Assembly (NCBI GenBank): GCA_001643675.2
Contig: LSRY02000010.1
Location: 558,001 to 622,000, forward strand
DNA from: Monocercomonoides exilis PA203
Lineage: Eukaryota > Protista > Preaxostyla
Length of the DNA: 64,000 nt
Direction of reading: 5' to 3'
Shown: positions 12,626-25,000 of the stretch, piece by piece
Layout: each line of letters opens with the position of its first letter
Numbering within the stretch: position 1 is the first letter of the stretch
Notes under the pieces: generated by a model
Database searches by the model: none
The model's input: only the letters and a program-made list of their open reading frames with translations
What the model was told of the DNA's origin: nothing
Translations under genes and position numbers: made by a program

Positions 12626-13656
12626 AACTTGGAAAAGACGCTTATTTGGACGCTGAATGGCTTGCAGAAGCTGACGAAGAGTTAGTGCGGAAGTCATCGC
12701 ACTACAGAGGAGATTCCTGTTACGACGAATTTGAAGAGAGCGAAGAGTACGATGATGAAGGGCTGGAGGAAGAGATGCTGGAGTTGCAGCGCAGGGAGAT
12801 TGAGAGAGACGGGATTTGGACAAGAACACGCTCCTCCTTACAGACAAGCAGTGAAAATCCGATTGTTGTCGAAGACGACAATGATGAAGAAGGCGATGGT
12901 GATAACTATGATGATGATGAAGAAGGAGATGAAGAAGAAGATGATGATGATTACGATGATTATGAAATGGCAGACAGAGGCGACAGTGACTACTCGAGCA
13001 TTGATTCTATTGATCTCTTTTCTGACTCGATTGACCGCACAATTACACAGCACAGGCGATGCTTTACAATTGACGAGAGGACAGAAGAGTGGCAGTTGTT
13101 CCATTCGCCAGAGGTGGCGTACGTGCTTAAAAGGAAAGATTTTAATTCACATGATGATGTATTTCCAATCCCTAACAGCAATGACTTTGAAAAGGAAATT
13201 AGAAATTTGAACGAATCTGAATGGAAAACAGATATTGAATGCAGAAAAAGCGATTTATTTAAATCTCATCAGAAAATTAAAGAAAACGAGCTTTCTGAAA
13301 GTTTTGATGGTTATGTTTATGAAAGGAATTTTTATCAAAAGGAAAATGAAAGAAACAGAGATGTAACACCTTTAGATGATGAAAGAAGTAGAGAATTTGA
13401 CCAGATATGCGAAAAAGCAGAAACTGCACCTTTTTTACAAGTTTTAACTGGGAATGAAGAAAGATTGAAAAATAAAAAGTCTGCAGGAAATCTTTCGATA
13501 GAAAAAAGGAAAAGATTGCCGTTTGCTCCTTTTGGATCTCGTCTTCATCATTCACCTTGCTCAATCCATAGTTCAAGAAGGTGTTTCAAAAGAAAGATTG
13601 CGAGTGTTTCAGATTTAATTACTGTTTTTGAGGAACCCATTATTCTCACAACATGA
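12626..13656 (+). CDS. Acidic (D/E-rich) low-complexity coding segment; probable terminal exon of the sirtuin, otherwise a hypothetical protein
   Basis: About 340 open codons with no ATG near the 5' end. A phase-compatible GT(12453)...AG(12625) T-rich intron would join it in frame to the sirtuin. Confidence 0.6.
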
Positions 13657-14195
13657 TGTTGAAAACTCAAATTTAATTAGCAAAATTTTTTAATTTTTGT
13701 TATCTTTATTTATTGATGAATATCTGAAAAGTTAGAACCATATTTCCATTTTGACGTGAATGAAAAAGATGAACAAGAGTTGGATTATTTATTTGCGCAA
13801 ACACAACATATTTGTCAAACCATAAAAATAAGTATTTTCCAGGAAAAAAACATATATAATTGGTAAAGTTTTATATGAACAAAAACAATTTCCAAAGTGA
13901 GAACATTTTTTGTATTTCTCGTGAGAAAAAATCATTCTGCAATTAACCCCTTTGTGTTGCAAATGCAGGACATGCAATAAACCCGGGCAACATACATAAG
14001 TCAACTTTCATAAAACTTTTTGCTCATTCATTTGTTTCAAATTTGACAAAGGAAGCATTCGATATTAAAAAAATAATTTCTTTTACCAATTTTCAGCAAA
14101 TGAATGAGTAAAAAAGTTAAAAAAAAAAAAAAGCTGACATTAGAATGTTGTTGAGGATTTGTCGCGCACTTCATGAAAAATGAGAAAATGTGTAA

Positions 14196-15212
14196 TAGGA
14201 TCAACTTTTTAATGGGACTTTTTCCCTTATTGGCACTTTTTTTGTTTTTGACTGCCAACTTTCAACAAACGTTGATTGGCTTTCAGTACTTCAAAAAACC
14301 TTTTTTACAAGTTTAACACAATTTATTTACAGTTTGTTTTTTAATTTTTGCTTATTACACATTGAGAAATTACGTTTTTTTGTTAAATTTGAAAGGACTT
14401 TTACCAGCCAACTAGGCAACGTCCAAGAAATTGGATACATGTTTTGAATGGCAAATACTATTATCTAACTTCTTTTAAATTCTTTTTTTTAAACACTTTT
14501 TTCTTGTTTTTTTCACATTTCATTTTTTTAACAACATTCTAACATAAAACCGATTATTTCTTTGTTAATATAATGAAATGATAAAAATAAAAATTTGATA
14601 TGAAAAACAAATAGTCTGATAATAAAGTATTGGAAAAATGAAACATTAATTTTTTATATTTGTCTTTTTCAGGCAAATAGCGCAAACCAAAAATTAACAA
14701 CGATCATACTTTTGTGACATTGTTAAGTTCTTGACAAATAAAAAAAAATTAATGTTTCATTTTTCCAATACTTTATTATCAGACTATTTGTTTTTCATAT
14801 CAAATTTTTATTTTTATCATTTCATTATATTAACAAAGAAATAATCGGTTTTATGTTAGAATGTTGTTAAAAAAATGAAATGTGAAAAAAACAAGAAAAA
14901 AGTGTTTATGTAAAAAAAAAAAAAAGAATTTAAAAGAAGTTAGATAATAGTATTTGCCATTCAAAACATGTATCCAATTTCTTGGACGTTGCCTAGTTGG
15001 CTGGTAAAAGTCCTTTCAAATTTAACAAAAAAACGTAATTTCTCAATGTGTAATAAGCAAAAATTAAAAAACAAACTGTAAATAAATTGTGTTAAACTTG
15101 TAAAAAAGGTTTTTTGAAGTACTGAAAGCCAATCAACGTTTGTTGAAAGTTGGCAGTCAAAAACAAAAAAAGTGCCAATAAGGGAAAAAGTCCCATTAAA
15201 AAGTTGACCCTA
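14196..15212. repeat. Long inverted repeat (arms ~14196-14664 and ~14733-15212, ~68 nt spacer); foldback/MITE-like
   Basis: Arms are near-perfect reverse complements over ~470 bp, e.g. TCAACTTTTTAATGGGACTTTTTCCCTTATTGGCAC at 14201 and GTGCCAATAAGGGAAAAAGTCCCATTAAAAAGTTGA ending at 15207. Differences are mainly at a homopolymer and near the arm ends. No coding capacity. Confidence 0.93.
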
Positions 15213-15298
15213 AATGATATGCTGTCCAAATTTAATCATTTAATTGGATTATTTTTTATATTGCTTTTTATTTTTTAATTTATTAACACTTTTCATTT

Positions 15299-15974
15299 AT
15301 ATTTATTTGCGGTTCGATTTTGAATGCCCTCTTGATTTCAAGACCTTAGCGACAACTCCAAACATATTTAACACTTGGAAAGTTCTTTTTGGAATCTTAT
15401 TTTTTCAATTAAAAATTTCAGATGAGCTATTCTATTTTATATGTCGCAAATGATCAACATTTTGGTTTTATAAAGCAGATCATTTAAATAACTTTTCGTA
15501 ATATGTGAGTGATTGTTCATACTATCATATTTATTTTATCGAATATTTTGGTTTGAGAATTCTCATTGAATATTGATTAACGAACACTGAAAAGTCATAA
15601 CTCCAAACAAAGACTATTTTTTCGTAAATATAATCTCATACAATATATTTTCTTAAACAATGATTATTCGTTGTTCATTTGAATGAAAAAAATCTTCAAA
15701 AGAAATAATACATTTGAAGATTCAACACTCCGAAAAAAGTTATGATTTCATAAATAATAATCACTCACATATTACGAAAAGTTATTTAAATGATCTGCTT
15801 TATAAAACCAAAATGTTGATCATTTGCGACATTTCAAATAGAATAGCTCATCTGAAATTTTTAATTGAAAAAATAAGATTCCAAAAAGAACTTTCCAAGT
15901 GTTAAATATGTTTGGAGTTGTCGCTAAGGTCTTGAAATCAAGAGGGCATTCAAAATCGAACCGCAAATAAATAT
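15299..15974. repeat. Second inverted repeat (arms 15299-15514 and 15759-15974, ~244 nt spacer)
   Basis: 216 bp arms with about 2 mismatches. Also visible as near-identical spurious ORF translations (YLRFDFECPLDFKTLATT...) on opposite strands. Confidence 0.93.
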
Positions 15975-15982
15975 GATAAAAG

Positions 15983-15987
<5 letters not shown>

Positions 15988-16062
<75 letters not shown>
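15988..16062. repeat. (CA)n microsatellite, ~37 units
   Basis: Perfect CA dinucleotide run. Confidence 0.98.
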
Positions 16063-16066
<4 letters not shown>

Positions 16067-16125
16067 AACATATTTGGGATGACGGTCTCAAAAAAAAATT
16101 TATGGTGAGGGTTAAACTCCGCACA

Positions 16126-16274
16126 AGGGAAAAAACCAGCACAAAAGACATTTTCATTCGAATTAATCAACCAATTTCATATATGTGAAAGGCTTTAAAT
16201 GCAATGATCTTCCACATATATAAAATTGGTTGATTAATTTAGAAGAAAATATCATTCACACTGGTTTTTTCCCT
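16126..16274. repeat. Third, short imperfect inverted repeat (~65 bp arms, ~17 nt loop)
   Basis: AGGGAAAAAACCAG...AATTAATCAACCAATTTCATATATGTGAAAG pairs with CTTCCACATATATAAAATTGGTTGATTAATT...CTGGTTTTTTCCCT. Confidence 0.85.
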
Positions 16275-17008
16275 CACGATTATGTTGTTTTTTCCTGTTT
16301 CTTCTCAGTTTTTGTGCAATTCTCCATCTCAAAAAATAACATTATTTTAAAAATATGAATTTTTAATTATTTGTTTTTCTCTATAAAACCGCAAAATTTA
16401 AGAACAAATCGCAAAATCCTTCAGTCAACGACATATTTCGAATTTGAAATATTATCAACATGAAGTGAAGTTCATTTGGAAAATGGTTTGAAGTATTTAT
16501 TAATTAAGTGACATTAGAAAGAAATTTTGACAAGTGGAAAATATGGAAAACCTATGGAGATGTTGGACGATATTTTTAGCTTTATGAATTTTGTTCCATT
16601 TTGCACATTTTATTTTATTTCTCAATTTTGAAAAATTTCCGATGTCTTTTTGATACGAGAATGAAAAACTTATCATGAAAAGGTTGTGGGAAAAAAATTT
16701 TTTTTCAAATTGTTGTTTTATTCATAAATGCAAGAATTTTACCCCATGTGTTTAACATTTTTTCCAAACGTTTGAACATGCTTTAGTTATGGGATGATTA
16801 TTGTTGAAAAAACAATTTCACAATTCCGAAATGGATATTGAACACTTGACGATTTTAGTCATGAACTCAAACTTTTTTTTGTAATGATTTGCATATTTAA
16901 TGAAAAGAATTGGAAAAGAAAAAATTGACATTCAAAGTTATATTTTGAATTTCGAAGAGAAAAAGAAAACATATGAAACAAAATACAAATATTTGCAAAT
17001 AACATAAA

Positions 17009-20000
17009 TTAATATTTATGATTCTTTTGCATGAACTGGAACCAGTCATATAGCCCTGTCGAAACAGCTCCTTTGGCTTCTCCAACTTTCCTTCTCTGCA
17101 CATTTCCAAGATCAAGCACGTTGAAAACAAAATTGCAAAATAAAATAAAATTGCATTTAAAATACAATAAGAATGAAATTCATTATTAAATGCGCAAACC
17201 ATGAAAGCAACTGCCCCACACTCAGACAGCAGAGGAGCCAATCTGTTTTCCACGTCTGTCACCGAACGGGGCTTGAAACACTCCAGCTTCGACGGCATCA
17301 TCAGCTCAATCGGAATCAGCAGCGACTCCATCCAGTCGCGAATCGCCAGGAAGCACTGGCAGCACAAGCACACAAACCACGAAAACCCTCCCGATCCCTC
17401 TCCCCCCATCGCAGACACCATCTCCGGTCTCAGCGGAAACGGCGCACGCTCAAACTCGATCCCGCCTGGTGCAATGTTGAAGATGTGCCCAAAGTCGATG
17501 TGCACAACATGCCCTCCCCCATCCACCAGCACATTCCCGTTGTGTCTGTCCTTCATGTTCAGCAGATACACAAGCACGCTGTATGCTGCTCCGCTCCGGA
17601 TCAGATTTCGCTGGGCTCTGCGGAATGTCACATCCACAAACCCACTCCCCTTCCCGTCTCCCCGCGACCCTTCCACACCCCCATTGCTCCCTTCTCCTGA
17701 TACGCTTCCTCCTTTTCCTCTCTCCTGCTCCTTTCCTTTTCCCCTTTCCATCTCCACCCCAAATCCCATTCCATACTTCAGCCCAAAATAGTCTTTCAGG
17801 TTTCCTTCCACCAGCTTCCCAATCATGTCCCGCGATGGTGCGTTTGGCACCACTTCCAGAATTCCCTTCCCGCCCTGCGTCGAGATCACCTGGTACGGCC
17901 CCACAAACACATCCACTCCCTCCCCATACAGCATCTCCCCCATCAGCCCAATCAGCTGCACTGCCAGTGAGTCTTGCCGGCAATCATCCCCCGACTTGAA
18001 TATGCACGTTGCAGTCGACAGCGAGCGCAGCGACGACACATCCACCACAAACTGCTCCTCATCTCTTTCCGCTCCCTCGCTGCTCGACTGAGGAGACGAT
18101 GAAAAATATGGTGATTGCCCTGAACTCTCCACTGGTGATGGCGACTGAATCTGCATCTGCAACTGCTGCTGCTGCTCTCTTGCGCTCTCTTTCTTCCTCT
18201 GCTCCCTCCACACACGTCGCTGCTGCTCCACCTCCTCTCCTCGTGCTGTGAAGAACACGATCTTCACAGGGCACTTCGCATGCGACTTCATCACTGCAAT
18301 CGACTTCATATCCACCCCAACCACAACAAGCTCCGGAGCTGTCGGAATATACACTTCCCCGCTGCTGATCAGCCCCGCTGCCAGGACTGCCACTTTCTCT
18401 TTGATAAACGGCACCCGCGCCCCAATTTCCATCGCCTTCAGCACCCCGCTGATCGCAGTCAATGCCCCATAAAATCCAAACAGCAGCCGAAGATTCGCCC
18501 ACTCTGCCTCCGAAAGAGACGACTGCACCAGCCCAATCATCAGCGACACACACTGCAAAAACACAACATCCTCCACTCCCAGCACCTCTTCCTTTCCCTT
18601 CTTCTTCTTCTTCTGTTGGCTTTGTTGTTGTTGTTGTTGTTGCTGTTGCTGCATCTGCGGAGCTGTAGAAGAGCTTTCCAGCCGAGCAGGCACTTGCTCT
18701 CGTGCTTCGCTCTCGCTCTTCTCGTTTGCTTCTGCCTCGTCCGAATTTGTGTCCTCGTTCGCCTTGCTGTCTCCTTCTCCATCATCTCCATTGTCTGCCT
18801 CTGTGTTGTCCAGCCTGTCCAGAGCCAGAATAGTTGCTGCACTGTCTCTCCCCACCCCCATCTTTTCAGCTCCTCCTCTTCCATATCGGTGTGCAATCCG
18901 TCTTTCTGCCTCTTCCTCTGCTGCTCGTATCATCTGCTCGTTCTCCCCCTCAACTGCTGGCAGCTGGCAGTTCAGCTCCCACAACAGCCTGTGCCCGAGT
19001 ACCCGCGACGACCAGGCTGCCCCAATCAGCACTCGGCAGATCGACCCGCACCGCACCACAAACTGCATCACACCCAGCGGAGAAAGCGGTGCCAGCACCA
19101 GCTCTGACACTACACACGGAATCGGAGTTGAAGTCGAGGATGGATGAGAGGCAGCAAATGCTGAAAGTGCTGAAGACGATGACAAGTCACAACTGTCGAG
19201 AGCAACTTCCGAAGTGGGCTTATCCGGAACATGGGCTGCTCGAACGGGATGATCGCAAATGAGGTCGGCCCTTGCACTACCGAAGGTGAAGACGATGTTG
19301 GTGAGAGTGCTGAGTATCGGGTGGTGTGCCGAACAAAGAACAACTGATCGCATGCATCCATTCTCTGCTCCATATCCTGATCGCTCGAAAGAGTAAATAT
19401 CTGTTTTCCAATTGCATTTGAAGATGAAGTCGAAGAAGCAGAAGAAGCAGAAGATGGCAATGTTGACACTGATGTTAATGCTGATGAAGATAAAAGATGA
19501 GACATTTGCTGAGATGCATCTGCGCCTTTCTCAATGCTTCTCCTTTTTTCATCTTCAATAAGCTTCTTTTTGAAGCTCTTCATCTCCCTCTTGGTTGCTT
19601 GCCCAAAGCATTTCGAAGGAAACTCAAACAATCCCAGCTCAAAATGCTCCTTTCCATTTTGTGTGAATGGCGCCATCCGGAACGATTGCACAAACTGTGG
19701 CAGATAGAACGTGATGCGCAGAGGAGGTGCGACTGCAATCGACCACGACACAAATGCTTGCACACACGAATGAATCCGCAGTGCTGTTGGCACATTCGGC
19801 GACAAATAGGACATTGCTGAGTCGATCGGAGCTGCTCCACACAGCGACAGCACTTGCAGCGCACCACACGAACCGAACATCCTCGGAGTTCCAATCACTC
19901 CAATGTGCTCTGTCACAGAGTGAGGAGCAACAATATGATGTGTCGCTCCAAACTTGTGCTCCACTTTCGCCTTCTTTGCTTGTGACCCAAATGCCCTCTT

Positions 20001-22582
20001 CACAAAGTGCTCATTCAAGCGAATTGCTCTGCATCCAGCATCCACACCCACACACACCCCGTCTCTCCCTGATACTCCTCCTGATGCTGCAACAGGATCA
20101 GCACTTGCCAGCGCCTCCACAACATTCTGATACTCAGGCTGCTTCACCACCAGCCGCATCGACACAGCCAGCTCAGGCGAAACATCCCACGCTGCTGATG
20201 CCACTGCAAAATAAGGTGACGAAGTGAGCCACAGCGCATGCGTCGCACATCCCTGCCGTGACAAAGATATGCACGATGCACTGTCTGTCAGCGAAAGCGA
20301 AGAGGTGAATGTGTTGTTCAGCTGCCGTGCTGTCGACTTCTTCCTCTTCGATGCTGCTGCCCCTGTCTCTCCCGTTACACCATCAACCCAAGGAATAGGT
20401 GGCATGACACGCAACGAGTTTGGCGAAGGCAACGCCGAGGAAGCAGCAGAACTGCGCGAATTCAGATGCCCCAGCGAGCTTGTCCACTTCGGTGGCTGAG
20501 GCTTCTCCAGGCGCTGTGTCAGATGCACAACCAGCGGATCGTGCCACGTGATCGTCCGCTCGATCGTCGACTCTGCCAGAACATGCACAAGACTCGCCCG
20601 CTCCACAAACGAAGTTCCACGCGAGGGTGATACAATCGGAAGACGCAGCAGGAACGGCGATGGAAGCAGTGGCACATTTGGCGACAGAACAGGAGGAAGG
20701 AGAGGATGCAGTTGAGCAAAAGTTGCAGTCGAGCTCGAACACGAAGACGGATTCACAAAAAGTGAAGCCTTTTTGTCTTCAGCTGCCTTCGCCTTCGACA
20801 GCGCCAGAAGGGCTGAATATGCACATCGGCTGCTCACAGAATCTGACAGTGGCACTGTTCGGCAAGACGATTCACCATTCACAAACTCTGATGGCTTGTG
20901 GTGATAGTTCGACTGCGATTGCGATGAAAACCGAGAAAACAGGGAGGAGCCTGGCAGAAACACACAGCTGCTGTCCAGCGATTGTGCTGTCAATCCATCG
21001 CTCGAACGGGATGACGATCCAGATGCCCTCTTTCCTAGCTCAGCCGTGTAGTTTCTGGTGAAAGGCGCTGAAGTCAGGCTGTTGGGCACACAATGCACAC
21101 TCCCAAAAGGTGATGTGTCCAGACCATGAGGTGTCTGGAACACACTCCTTGTCACAGAGCCTCCCTCGCAAAATGGCATCGTGCTCATCCGATAATCACT
21201 CCCCAGCAGATCAATCTGTGGCATCTCTGGCAGCTCCGTTGCTTCCATCCCATTTGTATTTTCGGCTCTGTCCTTTCTGCTGCCACCAATGCAGTTCTCA
21301 CATCTGCTTGCTGCAAATGACAGAGAAAGAGCTGACAGAGAAGTGATTGCAGCTGGAGCAGCTGACGGAATCGATCTTCGGGCACAAAACAGGGGAGACG
21401 AATTCAACGATGGAGAAGGTGTCGAGAATGATAGAAGAGTGCTCATGTCGGAAATGAAAGGCGCTTGTGTGCCTTGATCTCCTTTCTTTGCCTCCTCATC
21501 CTGCTTCAACGAAACATCTGAAGAAGAGTATGTCGAGGCGAGTGACGAGCCATAACGCGACAGATTCCACGTGAGAGGCGCCAGAAGAGGAGCCACCTGA
21601 GGTGCAAATGCTGCAGTTGATGAATTCGATGATGGTGAAAGAACACCTGGCAGATGCAACTGTCTCAGCACTCTTTCCCTCAAGACATACAATGCTTTCT
21701 TCCTGCTCCCTCTTTCAGAGCCCTTCGTTCTGCTATTCCTCTGTGCACTTGCTGAAGATACTGATGCTGCAGATGCCACAGATGTCACAGAAGAAGGAGA
21801 AGACGAGCGGTGCCCAAACGCTGTTGACTCCCGGTCAGCCACAAAAGACGACAGCTCGTCCATCGAGCTGTGCAGAAAGTGCGACGAGTACTCAGCTGCA
21901 AGCGACGGTGACAGCATCCGCGTGAATGCAATCGACGGCGATGGCAGCGAGCCCTGATACATCACCGATGGCCCCAGCGACAAAATCACGCTGCTCGACG
22001 AGGGAGTGCGGCTCAGCGGAGACGGAGACAAGCTCGGATATCGCATGCCATACGGCGTCAGAGCAGACGGCCGCACAGGTGTGGGTGCAGTGGGAGAGGG
22101 ATGAGCTGGCGATGGAGCAGCGCTGGCTGGCGTGTCTGCACGATCTACAAACGGCGCAAACGCCATCATCCGCCTCATTAGCTTCTTTCGCAACGAGTCG
22201 CTGCTGTCCTTCCTGTGCAGACCAGCCATCGACCCTGCCACTGAATACGATGTGCCATCATCCACGCCTCCACCAGCATACGGAGAAAGAGGAAACGGCC
22301 GCGACGCTGAACGCTGCATCGGAGAGTGTGTTGCTGTCAGGCTGTCTGAAAACACACTCGGCGTCTGTCCATCCCCATCCATCCGCGAGTATCCCACAGA
22401 AAGCGAAGAAAAAGGAAGCACCGAAAAAGAGCTTCCCCCTTCCAACGATAGCGAACTTGCCACATCTTCATTCAGAAAAAATATTTGCGCAAGAGGCGCC
22501 GACTGAAGCTGCGACGGCGGGTTTTTCTCGAGTCAGTTGCGCAGCTTTATCACAGACACAAGAAACTACTCCACAAGCTGCT
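17009..22582 (-). CDS. PI4KA: Phosphatidylinositol 4-kinase type III alpha (PI4KA/Stt4-like); frame disrupted (assembly indels or pseudogene)
   Basis: Helical-domain motifs FYLPQFVQ (ORF 19110-22463) and GHRLLWEL (ORF 16897-19353). Kinase motifs MKSHAKCP, IFKSGDDCRQD, KDRHNGN, HIDFG and FERAPF. Intron 17199-17096 (GTTTGC...CAG) gives the C-terminus GLYDWFQFMQKNHKY* ending at 17009. The two ORFs are in different frames with no visible intron, and the 5' end is unresolved. Confidence 0.85.
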
Positions 22583-23854
22583 CAGAATTTCCAGTTGGGA
22601 ACGACACAGGAAAAGTGCTGCCATCCTCAAAGTTCAGCCCATTTTGCGCAGATGAAGCTGAAGAAGTGAATTCCTGACTTTGATCAAAGAAAGGAAAATG
22701 AGATCTATAAACAGAGCGTGCAGAACTCTCTGGTGAGCATTGATTGATAATTTCAATAAATCATATTCCAATTGAAAAATTTGCATTCTCCTGCTTCGGT
22801 CACTTTCTGCATTGATTTGTCAAATTGTTGATTGGCCCTCGATTTTTTGTAATTTTTCCAGTGGGTCTGAAGAGAAAGAAGAAGAAATTGAATTATAAAA
22901 AAAGTTGTCTTTTAGAAGAAGAGTTTTGAATTGTCCATTCTTCGGAAATGTGATGAATCCATGAACGCTGTTGAACTGATGTTTTTGGCCTTCAACTGGA
23001 AATCTCAAAAATGGCAGATAGAAATCGCACTTCCTATAATTTAACAGTCAAATTCTGGAAGTCAAAAAGGTTTGGTGTTAACTGAAAACATGAAGTTGAC
23101 GAATGCAAAATTGCAAAATAAATAGAATACAAACATTTTCCCAAGAAAATGAAGTGAATTGCCACGATCGATAGTTTATGGAGAAAATGCTTTCATGCTT
23201 TTTTTGCTCGAAGAAAACAAATATTCAAAAATAACTCAAGTGAATGGAATTATGAACTTCAAGCCAACTTCTCGTTTTCCATTATTTTTGCATTATTTCC
23301 AGTGTCGTTCATAAGATAAAACTTTCTTTCTTAAAATCTTATTTCCATTTGCTTTTAATACGTATGTGCGAAACTGTTGATTGAATAAATGAAGCATTTG
23401 AATTCTGAATATTAACAATTGCTTGCAGCTTTACCATCAAATAATATCATATATATTCCTTTTCCAATATAATAACATCATTTTCATATCGAATACTTTC
23501 GTACTTCCAAGGAAAAAACTAAAAAATGTTCGATCGTTTACATAACATTTTCGAAAAGATCAAAATACAATGTTTTGGTCCGCAGGAATTGTGCAAAAGA
23601 CAATGTTTTCTGTAACTTCCATGGAGCTCTGAAAAAATTTCATGTATTTTCTTTGAAAAGAGCTACTTCTTTATCGCTTTGAAATGAGCGTGAAAAAAGT
23701 GGGTTTTTAACATTTTTTGTATTTTGAATGCGATTGTCTTCATCCACGGAAAAAATGATCAGCCCCAGGCTTAAGAGTTATGCTTCTGTGTGGTGTGTAT
23801 TTTGTTTTTTATCATTCTTTGCAAAGAATTTGATTTTGTTGAAATACAAAAAGC

Positions 23855-25000
23855 TTGAAAACTGCTGATGGATACACAAAAACACCAAATCGTGATGTTT
23901 GCCAACAACAAAATACAATTTTTTCTTTGTTCAAAGGAGATGTTATCTCAACAAGATTGGAGTGCTTTTTGACGACTTCAAACACAAAAATTCCTTTGAT
24001 TCAAGATTGCAATCTAAATGGCGATGAAGGTTATTGTGACTGATGAACATATTGGAATAGAACATTCGGAAAATGTTTGTGCATTCAGCTTCTCCCCAAT
24101 GTTGCACATTGTTCAGCTTTATTGAATTTTGTAATTAGAGGAAAAATGCTCATCAATTAATGTTTGCCAGCTCTAATTCATTGGAAGGTATTCAGTAAAT
24201 CTTATTGCAAATGGATTTTCTGATTTGCAGTTTGTTCAGAGAATATTTGCATTCTTTTCCATTTCATTGCTGTTCCTGTTATCATTCAATTTTTGGAAAA
24301 GCAAGGTCATTGATGAAACCCTATTTGATGTTCCTTTGAATGAACAAAGTGGATTTTGAAAATCATCATTATTGAGATAGATCGGATCCTTTGCGAACCT
24401 TCATCTTCTTTGTGACAGATGCAATCAAAAAAAAGGAGAAGAATTTTTGATGCCTTGTATTGGCTGAATTTTCAATTTTTTTCATTCATGCAAATGAAAA
24501 GTTAATGCCAAAAGAGAACAAAGGAAAAATGGAGTTCTCAAGAAAGATGAAGCAGTTGCATGAGATTTGGAAATATCAATCTCAACATCAAAAGAAGAAA
24601 ATGGCTTTGGATGGAAAGGTTATATCCAATCAAAGCATACCTTTAGGAGTCTTATCAATTGAAAAACAAAAAGAGGTGTTTTATATTTGTTTGTATCTAT
24701 TGTTTGAAATCAATTTATTTTTTTTTCTTTTATTCTGGATTAATTGATTTTTATTTTATATTAGCAGGTAGACAGATGGAAATGTGCAACATTCAGATTT
24801 TGAAATGATAATCAGCAATTGTGACAAATCAGGAGCTGAAGGGAATTATCTTTTTTGGATTGTTCAAGTTATTTTAAGACAACTACGAAAGAAGGAAGGA
24901 AATGAGGAACAATGAAATCGGAGCTAATTTCACACTTTGAGGAAACAAATTCTCAGAGGAAGATGAAGTGAGAAGACAATTTGGTTTGATTTTTTTATTT
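23855..25000 (+). pseudogene. Decayed remnant of an unidentified intron-containing gene
   Basis: Coding-like fragments (e.g. KKMALDGKVISNQSIPLGVLSIEKQKE) broken by many stops and frame changes, plus an intron-like GT...CAG segment at ~24676-24767. No family recognised. Confidence 0.3.

Noticed and set aside
15244-16170. Duplicate small ORFs (YLRFDFECPLDFK...) and poly-CV ORFs
   Set aside because: By-products of the inverted repeat and the (CA)n tract.
14196-16274. CRISPR array or autonomous transposon
   Set aside because: The repeats are inverted, not spaced direct repeats; no cas, transposase or reverse transcriptase ORF is present.
16897-17199. Hydrophobic C-terminal tail on the PI4K ORF
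   Set aside because: Read-through into an intron; splicing restores the conserved YDxFQ C-terminus.
17200-19200. GC-rich segment as a foreign insertion
   Set aside because: It is the PI4K kinase exon; the composition reflects Gly/Val/Ala-rich codons and grades into the flanking coding sequence.
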